Shown in pieces: positions 28,476 to 37,196 of a stretch of DNA of 64,000 bases (position 1 is its first letter; every line of letters begins with the position of its first letter). The notes under the pieces were generated by a model that worked only from the letters and a program-made list of their open reading frames with translations, was not told the origin of the DNA and ran no database searches. This stretch comes from Spirochaetia bacterium (GTDB lineage Bacteria > Spirochaetota > Spirochaetia > CADAEX01), in NCBI GenBank assembly GCA_045606105.1, contig JAZURI010000002.1, positions 224,001 through 288,000 on the forward strand, written 5' to 3'. The translations under genes and the position numbers were made by a program.

Positions 28476-29585
28476 TCAGAACTTGAAGTTGAAGCCCATG
28501 ACAGGCACAAGCTTCTTGTCATCCAGACGGTCCTCGGTAAGAGGTGATGCAATATAAAGGGTCACAGCCAGGGAATCCATGAAGGAGCCGAGAACACCCA
28601 CACCTGTAGTACAGAGCAGGTTTCCTGTGGCACCGTCCAGAATCTCATAATATCCCACATCAAAGAATGCTATGGTGCTGAATCTTATATAAGTCTTTTC
28701 ATGAAGGAATGTAAGAGGAATCTTTTTCATAAGAAGACGGAATTCACTTCTGTTTGCAATCTTGAATTCAGAGTCAAAACGGTAATTTTCATATCCTCTG
28801 ATGAGACCTCCCAAGGAAGCTGTAGGTGAAAGGGATGTCATGTTCTTTCTGGCATAAAGGGTGACATTGTCCCCGAACATATAGTCTGCCAGAGTGGAGT
28901 TACCGAAATAGAGACAGGAAAACATGCTGTCATCGCTGAAATCATGCAGAGGCAGGAAGAACTTGAAATTGAAGGAGAATTTGCTGAAATCTGCATTTCC
29001 CACAATATCGTTGCCGAAGGCTTCGGGTGCGTATTCATAGCTCAGGCTTGTGAAGAAGCCGCTTCTCATTCCGCTTTCCTTCTCCTTGATGACATTGTCC
29101 ATGGCAAGCTCGAAAATAATTGAATTCTGGAGTATTCCATCCTTGTCGTTGACCATGGAATTGAAGATGACCTGATCCGGTCTCTGTTCATGGTACCATT
29201 CCCTTACGCCCTTGTAGTAGGCTGAAACATATACCAGGTCTGTTGCTTTTCTTGGATCATCAATAAGCCCCTGGGAAAAGCCGAAGCCCCAGTTAAGGTT
29301 ATAGGCCCAGTAATTGATGTCATCGTAGTCCGATACCTCTTCGTTGCTGTTATCATCCTGAAGGTCACGGTAATAACCGCGCTGTGAAGCCCGGCCTCCC
29401 AGAAGGAGCCAGAAAATGCTGTCTCTGTCTTCAAGTAACGAAATCCCGTTGTAGCCGGCTGCGGTATTGATACCCCATGGCTTGAGACTGCTCATGAAAA
29501 CCCAGTCTCCCGTTCTCATGGATGCAGCCGGCAGAAAAGATGCCGCCAGCATAAAGGCAAGTACAAATATCAGTTTCTTCTTCAT
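28476..29585 (-). CDS. Omp85/BamA-like outer-membrane beta-barrel with no room for POTRA domains
   Basis: Signal peptide; IRGY and FFDVG motifs; C-terminal Phe (MGFNFKF); 369 aa. Confidence 0.65.
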   Translation of the reverse strand: MKKKLIFVLAFMLAASFLPAASMRTGDWVFMSSLKPWGINTAAGYNGISLLEDRDSIFWLLLGGRASQRGYYRDLQDDNSNEEVSDYDDINYWAYNLNWGFGFSQGLIDDPRKATDLVYVSAYYKGVREWYHEQRPDQVIFNSMVNDKDGILQNSIIFELAMDNVIKEKESGMRSGFFTSLSYEYAPEAFGNDIVGNADFSKFSFNFKFFLPLHDFSDDSMFSCLYFGNSTLADYMFGDNVTLYARKNMTSLSPTASLGGLIRGYENYRFDSEFKIANRSEFRLLMKKIPLTFLHEKTYIRFSTIAFFDVGYYEILDGATGNLLCTTGVGVLGSFMDSLAVTLYIASPLTEDRLDDKKLVPVMGFNFKF

Positions 29586-30679
29586 GACAATATTTTCTTC
29601 AAAGCCTCGATAAACAGGACATTTTCACGGTGCTGTCCCACGGTTACCCTGATGCAGGTCGGAAATCCATAGCTGGCGGCAGGGCGGATTATTATCCCCT
29701 GCTTCAGAAGACGGTCGGCAGTTTCCCTGCAGTCCCGGCCCACATCAATAAGGATATAGTTGGTATGGCTCTCAAAATAACTGAGTTCCATCTCCTCAAG
29801 CTCATTGTAGATATAACGCTTTTCCTCTGCTGTGCTGTTTACGGTCTCGTTATAGAATTCCTCGTCCAGAAGTGCTTCTCCGGCCAGGTTTTCGGCAATG
29901 ATGGAAAGATCGAAAGGGGGCTTTACCCTGGAAATAAGGGAAATGAGTCCGGGATCTCCTACCCCGTAGCCTATTCTTACCCCTGCAAGCCCGTATACCT
30001 TTGAAAAGGTCCTGAGAACAAAGAGGTTCTTCATTCCTCCCTTGATAAGCTCCACCGACCTTATATTCATCCTTTCATCGGTAAAATCAATATAGGCCTC
30101 ATCCAGGAAAACAAAAATATTTTCCGGCACCTTCTCAAGGAATGCCTTAAGCTCCGCCGGGTCAAGACAGAGTCCTGTCGGGTTGTTTGGGTTACATATA
30201 TATATTATCTTGGTTTTCGGTGTTATTCTGGAAAAGATGTCTTCCAGGTCTATCCTGTTGTCCTTCATGGGTGAGAAGACCGGAACAGCGTGCATGATCC
30301 TGGTAATTGTCTCGTAGACGGCAAAGGTTACCTCAGGAATGATGGTTTCGTCACCGGGATTCAGTACAGCCATTCCCATATTGTAGATAATGCCGTCCCC
30401 GCCGTTGCTGAGGGTTATGTATTCAGGTCCGCAGCCCAGCTTTCCTGCAAAGATATCCAGAAGCTCACTGTTATGTATTTCGGGATATACATGAAGGGAA
30501 CCGGCCAGCTCCATGTATCTCTTCACGGCACGGTGGGATGCCCCCCTTGGGTTTTCATTGGAGGCCATCTTGAAGACCTCATCCAGCTTTATTTCCTTAA
30601 GGGCCTGCTTTACAGACTTTCCGGGTACATAGGGCTTGATAGGAAGAATTCCCTCATTAGCAAGTTTTAAAAAATCCAT
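29582..30679 (-). CDS. hisC: Histidinol-phosphate aminotransferase
   Basis: YVPGKS, KMASNENP, ICNPNNPTG, LDEAYIDF, RTFSKVYGLAGVRIGY. Confidence 0.9.
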   Translation of the reverse strand: MDFLKLANEGILPIKPYVPGKSVKQALKEIKLDEVFKMASNENPRGASHRAVKRYMELAGSLHVYPEIHNSELLDIFAGKLGCGPEYITLSNGGDGIIYNMGMAVLNPGDETIIPEVTFAVYETITRIMHAVPVFSPMKDNRIDLEDIFSRITPKTKIIYICNPNNPTGLCLDPAELKAFLEKVPENIFVFLDEAYIDFTDERMNIRSVELIKGGMKNLFVLRTFSKVYGLAGVRIGYGVGDPGLISLISRVKPPFDLSIIAENLAGEALLDEEFYNETVNSTAEEKRYIYNELEEMELSYFESHTNYILIDVGRDCRETADRLLKQGIIIRPAASYGFPTCIRVTVGQHRENVLFIEALKKILS

Positions 30680-30699
30680 TATTTTTCCAGACAAAAAAA

Positions 30700-31122
30700 T
30701 TATTTAATAAATTCCGGAAGTTCGAGAATGATGTTCCTGAGTTTCTTGTTCCTGACCATTTCCGATGCTTCCTGAACCGTATGCCACTCCCTGAGACGGA
30801 GCATGTCTTCAGGCCATCTGTCCAGCACTTCGGTTACCTCCATGGCAAACACCTTGATCCTGCATTTGCCTCCCCATTTGTGCATGGAATACTTTCCGAT
30901 GGAGGGCTTCCTGATAAGACCTTTTATACCGGCCTCCTCATATGCCTCCTTCAGTGCGGAATCGGAGGAAGAATACTGAGAATCGACAAGTCCCTTGGGA
31001 ATGCTCCACTTGTCCCTTTTCTTGTTTGTAATGATGAGAATCTCTAAGTTGTCTCCCTTTTTCCTGTAGGGCAGAACGCCGGACTGGAGATAGAGGGGTG
31101 CGATTTCAGCCTGTTCTTTCAT
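30700..31122 (-). CDS. NUDIX hydrolase
   Basis: WSIPKG...SALKEAYEEAG Nudix box. Confidence 0.9.
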   Translation of the reverse strand: MKEQAEIAPLYLQSGVLPYRKKGDNLEILIITNKKRDKWSIPKGLVDSQYSSSDSALKEAYEEAGIKGLIRKPSIGKYSMHKWGGKCRIKVFAMEVTEVLDRWPEDMLRLREWHTVQEASEMVRNKKLRNIILELPEFIK

Positions 31123-31171
31123 AATTTAAAGATATATATAAAATACCAAAAATGCAATGTTTTAATAAAAA

Positions 31172-31199
31172 TAAAATGGCAGTCCCTGAATGAACTGCC
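31172..31199 (-). terminator. Terminator of the 64-aa gene
   Basis: GGCAGT/ACTGCC stem (31178-31199) followed on the minus strand by ATTTTATTTT. Confidence 0.6.
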
Positions 31200-31233
31200 T
31201 TTCAAAACTTTGATATATCTGTTTCAGACGAAA

Positions 31234-31428
31234 TCAGAGAGCTGCAACCTGTTCCTTCATTTTTCCATGAGCAACAGCAGCCTTGCAGTCTTTACAGATT
31301 TTTACTTTCTTTGAATTAGCTTCAAATTCATAAACTGTCTTGATTCCTGTTCTCTTGCAGATAGGACATTCACCTCTTCCATTGTTTGGAAGCTCTCTCA
31401 TTCCTGTTCCTCTGTGTGCTTTTGACAT
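31234..31428 (-). CDS. 64-aa basic Zn-ribbon protein (two CxxC motifs)
   Basis: CPIC and CKDC; Lys/Arg-rich; AAGGAG RBS; TAGACA-18-TAGAAT promoter; own terminator. Confidence 0.8.
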   Translation of the reverse strand: MSKAHRGTGMRELPNNGRGECPICKRTGIKTVYEFEANSKKVKICKDCKAAVAHGKMKEQVAAL

Positions 31429-31543
31429 TGTATACTCCTTGGATGCTATTCTACATTAAATCATACTTTTTTGTCTACACATAAGCAGAGTAAAAAGTGA
31501 AGTATACTTGACCAAAACCCTCCCTCCGCTTTAAATTAATAAT

Positions 31544-33934
31544 ATGAATTCCAACAAGGGACGATTCTGGATAATTTTCTTCATAACTGCAGCCTTTCTC
31601 TGCGCCGTCATCTGCGGCGGTCTTCTGGGAACTCTCTATGCCCTGAACAGGAATGTCCACAACATAGGTCTCATTTCGGAATTCAAGCCTGCCATTCCCT
31701 CCACCCTCCTGGATGTGAACGGAGAGGTCATCACCGAATTCTTCTCTGACGAAAAAAGGGACATCATTCCGGTGGACGAGCTTCCCAAAGAGCTTATCTA
31801 CTCCATCATCACCAGGGAGGACAAGGATTTCTTCAATCACAAGGGCTTCAGCTTCAAGGGAACCTTCAGGGCTGCATTCAATATTCTTGCGGGACGCTAT
31901 GTTTCGGGAGGAAGCACCATAACCCAGCAGGTGGCGGGAACCAACTATTCGGACAGATCGGAAAAAACCATAAAAAGAAAGCTTGTGGAGCTCTGGTGGG
32001 CCTTCCAGCTTGAAGAGAACAAGACCAAGAACGAAATCCTGGAAATGTATCTCAACGAATCCTATTTCGGTCACAACACCTACGGCGTGGAGGCGGCATC
32101 CCAGTTCTATTTCAAGCATCCTGCCAGAAACCTGACACTGGCGGAATCTGCCATCCTGGTTATCCAGCTGGCAAACCCGGCCCGTTATTCCCCTATCAGG
32201 AACCCTAACCGTGCAAAGATAATCCAGCAGGAGGTACTGAACCAGGTAGTGGCTTCGGAATATGCCACCAGGGAGGAAGCAGATCTCTCCTTCGAGCAGT
32301 ACTGGAACAATATCTATGACCCTCTCAGATCCACCAGCGAGACCGCATATCTGGTAAAGAACGACAAGGCCCCTTACTTCAGCGAATATGTAAGACAGGA
32401 GCTGGAGGATATGCTTTACGGAAAGATGGACTATCTCAGGGACGGCCTGGTAATCCATTCCACCCTGGACCTGAACTACCAGCGGGTTGCCGACAAGCAC
32501 ATGCAGGAAGGAATCTATACCTTCAACAGGAAATATCAGGAAAGCAGCGGCAGCAGGATAAGTTATGTGGAAAAGGAATTCGTACCGGTAATCGAGGCAC
32601 TTTCTCTCCTTTACGACATTGATTCCATCAGGACCTCAGGGGTTCAGCAGAAAAAATATGCAGACAAGATATTCAAGGAGGACATAACTCCTATTCTCAA
32701 TACGGTTTCACTTCTTTTCGGAAGCGAGGAGCTGAACTTCATCTCCAATATCTCCTACTCCAGGAAATCGGCGGAACAGCACAAGACCACCATCGAGGGA
32801 GCCCTGGTAATGCTGGAGAACGAGACAGGACACATCAAGGCCATGGTGGGAGGCAGCGATTTCGAGACAAAGAAGCTGAACAGGGCAACCCAGTCCAAGG
32901 TAATGCCGGGTTCCTCCTTCAAGCCTCTTTACTATTCCGCAGCCATCTCCTCCGGCAAGGTAACACCGTCCACCATGCTCTACGACAAGCCTATGGTTTT
33001 CTGGAATGATGACGGAACCCCATATACACCTCTCAACTTCCTGGGAGAGTGGCAGGGAACGGTAACCATAAGACAGGCCCTTTCCCAGTCCATGAATGTA
33101 CCATCCATACAGGTACTGGATATGGTAGGCTTTGACGCAGCCATAAACAGGGCATCCAGGCTTCTGGGTATAACAGATCCGGCCCAGATAGAGAGGACCT
33201 TCCCGAGAAAATATCCTCTGGGACTGGGTATCATAGGTATTGCTCCGATTCAGATGGCCAAGGCATTCTCCACTTTTGCCAACCAGGGCAAGGAGGTTAC
33301 CCCTATCGGAATCAGATATATCGAGGACAGGAACGGCAGGATTCTTTTCGAGCCGGAAAGGGATCTCCGCATGGCACAGAAGGAGATGGGAGACCGTATG
33401 CAGATTCTCTCTCCTCAGGCAGCCTATGTGATGGTAGACCTGCTGAAGACCACCGTACAGGAGGGGACCCTGGCCAACAGAAGAAGGGCCGTGGGAGGCT
33501 TCCCTATGCCGTTTGCCGGAAAGACGGGAACCACACAGAACTGGTCCGATGCCTGGACCGTGGGCTTCTCCCCTTACCTGACCACTGCAGTATGGTTCGG
33601 CTTCGACATGCCGGGAAATTCACTGGGACTCAACCAGACAGGTGCCACCGCCGCAGGACCGGTATGGGCAAAGGTCATGAAGGAGGTTCACCTCAACAAT
33701 GCAAAGAATCTCCCACCTAAGGATTTTGACAAACCATCCTCCGGTGTCATCGAGGCCAATGTATGCTCAAAGTCGGGACAGATTCCTACAGCAGACTGCA
33801 GGGACGGAATCAGAAAGGAAATTTTTATCTCAGGTACCGAGCCTAAGAGCTTCTGTACATACCACAGGTTCGAAAAAGAGAGAAACTCCGAGCTGCTGGA
33901 GCGTCTTGAAAGAAACCTGAGAGATAATTTTTGA
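31544..33934 (+). CDS. Class A penicillin-binding protein (PBP1A family)
   Basis: Transglycosylase EDKDF and GGSTITQQ motifs; transpeptidase PGSSFKP, SMN and GKTGT motifs. Confidence 0.95.
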   Translation: MNSNKGRFWIIFFITAAFLCAVICGGLLGTLYALNRNVHNIGLISEFKPAIPSTLLDVNGEVITEFFSDEKRDIIPVDELPKELIYSIITREDKDFFNHKGFSFKGTFRAAFNILAGRYVSGGSTITQQVAGTNYSDRSEKTIKRKLVELWWAFQLEENKTKNEILEMYLNESYFGHNTYGVEAASQFYFKHPARNLTLAESAILVIQLANPARYSPIRNPNRAKIIQQEVLNQVVASEYATREEADLSFEQYWNNIYDPLRSTSETAYLVKNDKAPYFSEYVRQELEDMLYGKMDYLRDGLVIHSTLDLNYQRVADKHMQEGIYTFNRKYQESSGSRISYVEKEFVPVIEALSLLYDIDSIRTSGVQQKKYADKIFKEDITPILNTVSLLFGSEELNFISNISYSRKSAEQHKTTIEGALVMLENETGHIKAMVGGSDFETKKLNRATQSKVMPGSSFKPLYYSAAISSGKVTPSTMLYDKPMVFWNDDGTPYTPLNFLGEWQGTVTIRQALSQSMNVPSIQVLDMVGFDAAINRASRLLGITDPAQIERTFPRKYPLGLGIIGIAPIQMAKAFSTFANQGKEVTPIGIRYIEDRNGRILFEPERDLRMAQKEMGDRMQILSPQAAYVMVDLLKTTVQEGTLANRRRAVGGFPMPFAGKTGTTQNWSDAWTVGFSPYLTTAVWFGFDMPGNSLGLNQTGATAAGPVWAKVMKEVHLNNAKNLPPKDFDKPSSGVIEANVCSKSGQIPTADCRDGIRKEIFISGTEPKSFCTYHRFEKERNSELLERLERNLRDNF

Positions 33935-34001
33935 TTTTCCGCTGGAAAATCAGGCAATCTGCAGTTATAATATAATTACAGAAAATATAAGGGGGTAAGC
34001 T

Positions 34002-34391
34002 GTGCAGGTCAGAATCAAAGATATAGTTGTCAAAGAAAGAGCCCGCGGAAATGAGGGCGATCTGGAATCTCTGATGAAAAGTATGGAAAAACACGGGCAG
34101 CTTAACCCGATTATCATCAACTCAAAGAAACAGCTTATAGCAGGCTACAGAAGGCTTACAGCCGCAAAGAAGCTGGGCTGGGAGAAGATCAATGCCACCA
34201 TGCTGGAAATCACCGACAAGGCCGATATGCTGGCAATAGAAATCGATGAGAACGTACAGAGGCTTGAGTTTGAATCACTGGACCTGGAAAAAGCCTATAA
34301 CAAGCTGGAAAAACTGAGAAAGAAAAATATCTTTGTCCGGTTCTGGCATTGGCTGAAAAATCTTTTTTCAGGAAAATTAAAAAAAAATTAA
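34002..34391 (+). CDS. Short ParB N-terminal (ParB/Srx fold) protein with C-terminal amphipathic helix
   Basis: GQLNPIII, LIAGYRRLTA and EIDENVQR motifs; 129 aa; ends NIFVRFWHWLKNLFSGKLKKN; GTG start after AAGGGGG. Confidence 0.85.
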   Translation: MQVRIKDIVVKERARGNEGDLESLMKSMEKHGQLNPIIINSKKQLIAGYRRLTAAKKLGWEKINATMLEITDKADMLAIEIDENVQRLEFESLDLEKAYNKLEKLRKKNIFVRFWHWLKNLFSGKLKKN

Positions 34392-34399
34392 AAAAAAAT

Positions 34400-34428
34400 T
34401 TGACAACATAGAATTTCTGTTGTAGAAT
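34400..34428 (+). promoter_or_regulatory. Near-consensus sigma70 promoter with no credible downstream CDS
   Basis: TTGACA (34400-34405)-17-TAGAAT (34423-34428), with an A-tract upstream. Confidence 0.75.
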
Positions 34429-34434
34429 CAAATT

Positions 34435-34564
34435 GTCAATATACTATGTTTTGACATTCATTTTCATTGGTAAATCTGAATCTCTCAGGTTCAGGTTTGG
34501 TACAGCTTTCTGTGGCACATCAGTACCCCTTATACTATTCATAGAGAGCTGTATCTTTTTTTTT
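34435..34564 (+). ncRNA. Candidate small RNA of about 130 nt with three hairpins and a terminal U-tract
   Basis: Promoter upstream; hairpins at 34434-34456, 34472-34498 and 34499-34555 (25-nt loop); T9 at 34556-34564. Confidence 0.6.
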
Positions 34565-34602
34565 GCCCGGATGCTTTCAACGGAAATTACAGAAAAAAAC
34601 TA

Positions 34603-35583
34603 TCAGGTACGGGGAGCTTTTCTTTCATCTATGGCCTTGTTGTCCTTGAATACGGAAAAATAGACCACAGCGGTTCCTGACTTGCTGCTGTATGCCTTAC
34701 CTATTTCTGTTCCCGGAGAGACCTTATCTCCCTTCTTCACATAGGTATCGTTGTTACCGCCGTAGATATAGACATAGCCGCTTTCGTTCTCCACGAAAAC
34801 CATTCTGCCCATGTTGCGGTAATCGCACTCATGAATTACCTTTCCGCTTGATACGGAATGGATTATGGAATCATTGCTGGATGAGATCTTTGTTCCCTGG
34901 AACTTTCCGGTAATCCTGGATCTGGTTCCCTCTGCAGGCCAGAAGAACGGAGCACTCTCGTCAATCCTGGATACTGTCTCGGAGGCAGGACGGGCTGTTT
35001 CCCTTGTGGCCACGGTTACTATTTCAGAGCCTGTCGGAATACGGAGCTTCATGCCTGCAAAAAGCTTTTCATTGGCACCCAGGCTGTTGGCTTCCCTGAG
35101 ATCGTCAAGGGCTACATCATGCTCCCTGGCTATTCCCCACAGAGTATCCCCTTTTTTTACTGTATAGGTGGTTGAATAGGATTGCTTCCTGTTACCGGCA
35201 GGAACAGTCAGTCTTGTCCCCTTGGCTACCTTGTTGGGATTCTTTATATTGTTGAGCCTTACTATTTCACTTACGGTGGTTCCGTGATTGTATGCGATAT
35301 CTCCCAGTGTATCCCCCGCTTTTACGGTATAGGTGGTTGTCTTTACCGCAGGAGCCGGAGTCTTCTTTACGCTCTTGCTTTCAGGAATGATGATCCTGGT
35401 TCCCTTGTAGATCTTGTTGGGATTCTTCAGGGTATTTGCCCGGAGAAGGTCATCCACGGTCACGCCGAATTTCCTGGCAACGGAGGTAAGGCTGTCACCG
35501 CTTTTCATGTAATATATCTTGTCTGCCATTGCAGAGCTTACAGTAAAAATAAAAAGGAAAAAGAATATAAGTTTTCTACGCAT
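34603..35583 (-). CDS. Exported protein with three LysM domains and a degenerate M23 peptidase domain
   Basis: Signal peptide; three YxVKxGD(S/T)L-type repeats; C-terminal FWPAEG...GRMVFVEN...VKKGDKVSPGTEIG. Confidence 0.88.
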   Translation of the reverse strand: MRRKLIFFFLFIFTVSSAMADKIYYMKSGDSLTSVARKFGVTVDDLLRANTLKNPNKIYKGTRIIIPESKSVKKTPAPAVKTTTYTVKAGDTLGDIAYNHGTTVSEIVRLNNIKNPNKVAKGTRLTVPAGNRKQSYSTTYTVKKGDTLWGIAREHDVALDDLREANSLGANEKLFAGMKLRIPTGSEIVTVATRETARPASETVSRIDESAPFFWPAEGTRSRITGKFQGTKISSSNDSIIHSVSSGKVIHECDYRNMGRMVFVENESGYVYIYGGNNDTYVKKGDKVSPGTEIGKAYSSKSGTAVVYFSVFKDNKAIDERKAPRT

Positions 35584-35637
35584 AATTTATCCTTATCAAT
35601 TTTATCGACATATTATTTTTAATACTTTACTTCAAAT

Positions 35638-35666
35638 TTGACAACAAGGTTATGTTTGTTTATAAT
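35638..35666 (+). promoter_or_regulatory. Perfect-consensus sigma70 promoter of glpX
   Basis: TTGACA (35638-35643)-17-TATAAT (35661-35666). Confidence 0.8.
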
Positions 35667-35700
35667 AGGATAAAATGTAAGCTGATAAGGAGTGATTCAG

Positions 35701-36702
35701 ATGAGTAAGATGAACAGGGAATTCTCCCTGGAGATAGCTAGAATTACAGAGGAAGCTGCTCTTGCAAGTGCCCGCTGGTGGGGAAAGGGGGATAAGATTG
35801 CTGCCGACGGCGCAGCAACCGAAGCAATGAGAGCTATGTTTGATACCGTTCACATTCAGGGAACCGTAGTTATCGGTGAAGGTGAAATGGATGAAGCCCC
35901 TATGCTTTATATCGGTGAAAAAGTAGGATCCTGGGAAGAGGATGATTTCCCTGTAGATATTGCAGTGGACCCTCTTGAAGGAACAAACCTTGTGGCAAAA
36001 GGAATGCCGGGAGCAATCACAACTTTGGCTATGGCACCAAAGGGAACTCTTCTTTACGCTCCTGATATGTATATGGATAAAATTGCAGCCGGCCCGAAAT
36101 GCAAAGGTAAGATCCACCTCGATGCTTCCGTTACAGAGAATATCAAGGCATGTGCGGCAGCACTTGACAAGAAGGTAAGCGATATCACAGTCGTAGTCCT
36201 GGACAGGGAAAGACACAAGAAGATCATCAAGGAAGTCAGGGAATGCGGAGCAAGAATCAAGCTTATTACCGACGGCGATGTTTCCCCTGCAGTTTCAGCA
36301 GGCTTCCCGGGAAGCGGTATTGACATGATGATCGGAATCGGAGGAGCTCCGGAGGGAGTTCTGGCAGCTGCGGCCCTCAAGGCAATCGGCGGAGAATTCC
36401 AGGGAAGACTCTATCCTATGAACGACAAGGAAAAGGAAAGAGCAACAAGAATGCTGGGAGGAGATCCTTTCAGACTCCTTACAATCGACGATATCATCAA
36501 GACCGATGATGTAATGTTCGCCGCAACCGGTGTTACAGACGGTGAGCTTCTCAGCGGTGTAAGATTTATCGGAAACGATATTGCGGAAACCAAGACCATC
36601 ACACTCAGAGGTTCCACAGGAACCATCAGATTCATCGAAGCACAGCACAGGCTGGATCTCAAGAGTGATGATATCAAAAAGATTATCTTACAGAAAAACT
36701 GA
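35701..36702 (+). CDS. glpX: Class II fructose-1,6-bisphosphatase
   Basis: VVIGEGEMDEAPMLYIGE, DIAVDPLEGT, DGDV, GIGGAPEGV, ATGVTDG. Confidence 0.96.
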   Translation: MSKMNREFSLEIARITEEAALASARWWGKGDKIAADGAATEAMRAMFDTVHIQGTVVIGEGEMDEAPMLYIGEKVGSWEEDDFPVDIAVDPLEGTNLVAKGMPGAITTLAMAPKGTLLYAPDMYMDKIAAGPKCKGKIHLDASVTENIKACAAALDKKVSDITVVVLDRERHKKIIKEVRECGARIKLITDGDVSPAVSAGFPGSGIDMMIGIGGAPEGVLAAAALKAIGGEFQGRLYPMNDKEKERATRMLGGDPFRLLTIDDIIKTDDVMFAATGVTDGELLSGVRFIGNDIAETKTITLRGSTGTIRFIEAQHRLDLKSDDIKKIILQKN

Positions 36703-36710
36703 GGTTTTTT

Positions 36711-37196
36711 ATGAGTGATTGTGTTCGCCCTACATGGGATGATTATTTTCTTGAGGTTATGGAAGCCATTTCCAAAAGAGCCACCTGCGACAGAGGCAAA
36801 AGCGGATGTGTAATCGCCAAGGACAACCAGATTCTGGTTACCGGATATGTGGGAGCTCCTTCAGGACTTCCTCACTGTGATGAGGAGGGGCATCTCATGA
36901 AACAGATGATCCATGAGGACGGACATATTACAATGCACTGCGTAAGAACCGTACACGCAGAGCAGAATGCAATATGTCAGGCGGCAAAAAGGGGTATTTC
37001 CATTCAGGGAGCCACCCTTTACTGCCGTATGACTCCGTGCCGTACATGTGCCATGCTGCTGATAAACTGCGGTATAAAAAGAATAGTGTGCCAGAAACGG
37101 TACCATGTGGCTGATGAATCCGAGGCAATGTTCCGGATAGCCGGTATTGCCCTGGAATACAAGGATACTGATACAGTCAGGTATACAAACCAGTAA
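36711..37196 (+). CDS. dCMP deaminase family protein
   Basis: RPTWDDYF, RATCDR, VHAEQNAI, PCRTC. Confidence 0.92.
   Translation: MSDCVRPTWDDYFLEVMEAISKRATCDRGKSGCVIAKDNQILVTGYVGAPSGLPHCDEEGHLMKQMIHEDGHITMHCVRTVHAEQNAICQAAKRGISIQGATLYCRMTPCRTCAMLLINCGIKRIVCQKRYHVADESEAMFRIAGIALEYKDTDTVRYTNQ

Noticed and set aside
34433-34663. 76-aa ORF over the candidate sRNA
   Set aside because: The TTG start sits at or before the predicted start site, the frame runs through the terminator and T9, and it overlaps the LysM gene. A non-coding reading fits better, though a leaderless peptide is not fully excluded.
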